This document shows, in pieces, positions 63,946 to 64,000 of a stretch of 64,000 nt of DNA. The first letter of the stretch is position 1; each line of letters starts with the position of its first letter. The stretch comes from Octopus sinensis (Eukaryota). Where the stretch lies: positions 23,250,001 through 23,314,000 of the forward strand of contig NC_043009.1 in the NCBI RefSeq assembly GCF_006345805.1. The letters are read 5' to 3'. Below the pieces are notes generated by a model that saw only the letters and a list, made by a program, of their open reading frames with translations, was not told the origin of the DNA and made no database searches. The position numbers were made by a program, and so were the translations under genes.

Positions 63946-64000
63946 AGAAAAATAAGAACGAAATGATTTAATGAAAGAAAAGTACTGAGACAAAAAAGAC

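Overview
AT-rich, microsatellite-dense eukaryotic DNA with a 100-N gap at 20941-21040. The tRNA-derived SINE families and repeat landscape point to an octopus or other coleoid cephalopod (inference). Most of the window is decayed mobile DNA. Non-LTR retrotransposon relics: L1-Tx1 ORF1 and ORF2 pieces, a near full-length CR1-type ORF2, RTE, R4/Dong, HERO-like and Penelope-like GIY-YIG fragments. DNA transposons: two mariners, a hAT-type element with 8-bp TSD, a long-inverted-arm element and a Helentron-like element. There are also dozens of SINEs. The only host gene I recognise is the promoter and first coding exon of paramyosin at about 61.9-62.3 kb (MDIDSDISVKRTYRRYEVYRGQSPTSQSRTE, then GTAAGT); the rest of that gene lies beyond the window. 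The most striking unexplained structure is a set of type-I hammerhead ribozyme motifs of several unrelated sequence families. Six of them sit in three near-perfect inverted repeats, always reading outward from the centre (3725-4083, 55734-56007, and 55157-55314 with 56737-56894). One family has a G3-C8 compensatory swap of the catalytic core. Nearly all ORFs in the supplied track are microsatellite read-through. All alignments, folds and family assignments were done by eye, and boundaries not tied to a TIR, TSD or splice site are approximate.
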